This document shows, one piece after another, positions 63,219 to 64,000 of a DNA stretch of 64,000 nt. The translations under genes were made by a program, and so were the position numbers. Within the stretch, counting starts at the first letter, position 1. Each line of letters begins with the position of its first letter. The stretch comes from Callorhinchus milii (Eukaryota). The notes beneath the pieces were generated by a model that saw nothing but the letters and a program-made list of their open reading frames with translations, did no database searches and was not told the origin of the DNA. The DNA lies in the NCBI RefSeq assembly GCF_018977255.1, contig NW_024704743.1:56174001-56238000 (forward strand), written 5' to 3'.

Positions 63219-64000
63219 ACAAGCTATGAATCCAAAGGCTGTAGGTTCAAGTGTTGCACAGTCCAAGCTGGTACTCCAATGTAGTCCTGGGAGAGCCTTT
63301 CATGTATAAACAAATGTCTCAGAAAAGTTTTGCAAAATGCACAGATGTAACCAGTTGTTAGGAGCCAAAAAGATTAAGCTTATTATAAATGAGAGCCCAA
63401 AAGAGAAAAGATGGTTCATTGAAACAGTATTCCTTTTAAATATTCTCATACCAGCAAGGTGTTGTATTCAAATGCATGGATTATAACAAATGCATGGATC
63501 GTTATTATATTATTATAATATATGCCCACAACCTCTAGAACTCCCTGCCTCTGTCCCCTCTCCGTCTCTAAAACCCTCTTTAAGACCTATCTCTTTGACT
63601 GCATGTATGATCACCTCCTCTATTCTGCTCCATGTACCCTACTTGTAGGTTTTACACTGCAGGATTCCGATCCCTTTAATTAATACTTGTGCGCTTATAT
63701 ATTTCTGTAATGCAACATTTAGCTAGGTAACAATCCAAGATGGCACGAGTTCCATCATATATCCGCTGAAGGAATAAAAATATTTTTTATGTAGTCAGCT
63801 ACAAACTCGTTGTTAAATTACAAAACAAAATCTACAAGAAAAATCTATCCTTGCGGTGACTTTCTCTGTACATTTATCCCTACTGTGTCTTAACCGCATC
63901 TCAAATGAAAGCATTTGTGGTGCATCGATTCAATGGTGGATGCAAAATAGTTTGTTATAATGTATGCTTCACTCTACCATTCCTTTCCTGCAAGTTCCAA

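Overview
This is eukaryotic (vertebrate) genomic DNA lying entirely inside one + strand gene, a type I diacylglycerol kinase that I read as DGKB. Fourteen internal coding exons (4980-62396) all have AG/GT boundaries and compatible phases. They splice into 1444 nt (481 codons + 1 nt) of open frame covering the recoverin-homology region, two EF-hands, C1A, C1B and the first part of the catalytic domain. The gene start and 3' exons lie outside the window. The introns are full of L2 and CR1 LINE fragments, tRNA-headed SINEs with L2-type tails and Deu-domain SINEs, a repertoire suggesting a cartilaginous fish, possibly a chimaera (inference). Most notable: a 5'-intact Helitron RepHel fossil (about 15660-16760, minus strand), a near full-length single-ORF L2 whose CpG-rich 5' end looks like a bidirectional promoter, an apparent Trp-to-Ser change in the DGK LARCLRWGG motif, a hAT-type element with 8-bp TSDs, several nested insertions with readable TSDs, and a tail-to-tail inverted SINE pair. 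Repeat family names come from remembered motifs, not a database search, and repeat boundaries are approximate unless a TSD is given. I found no clearly new multi-gene system.
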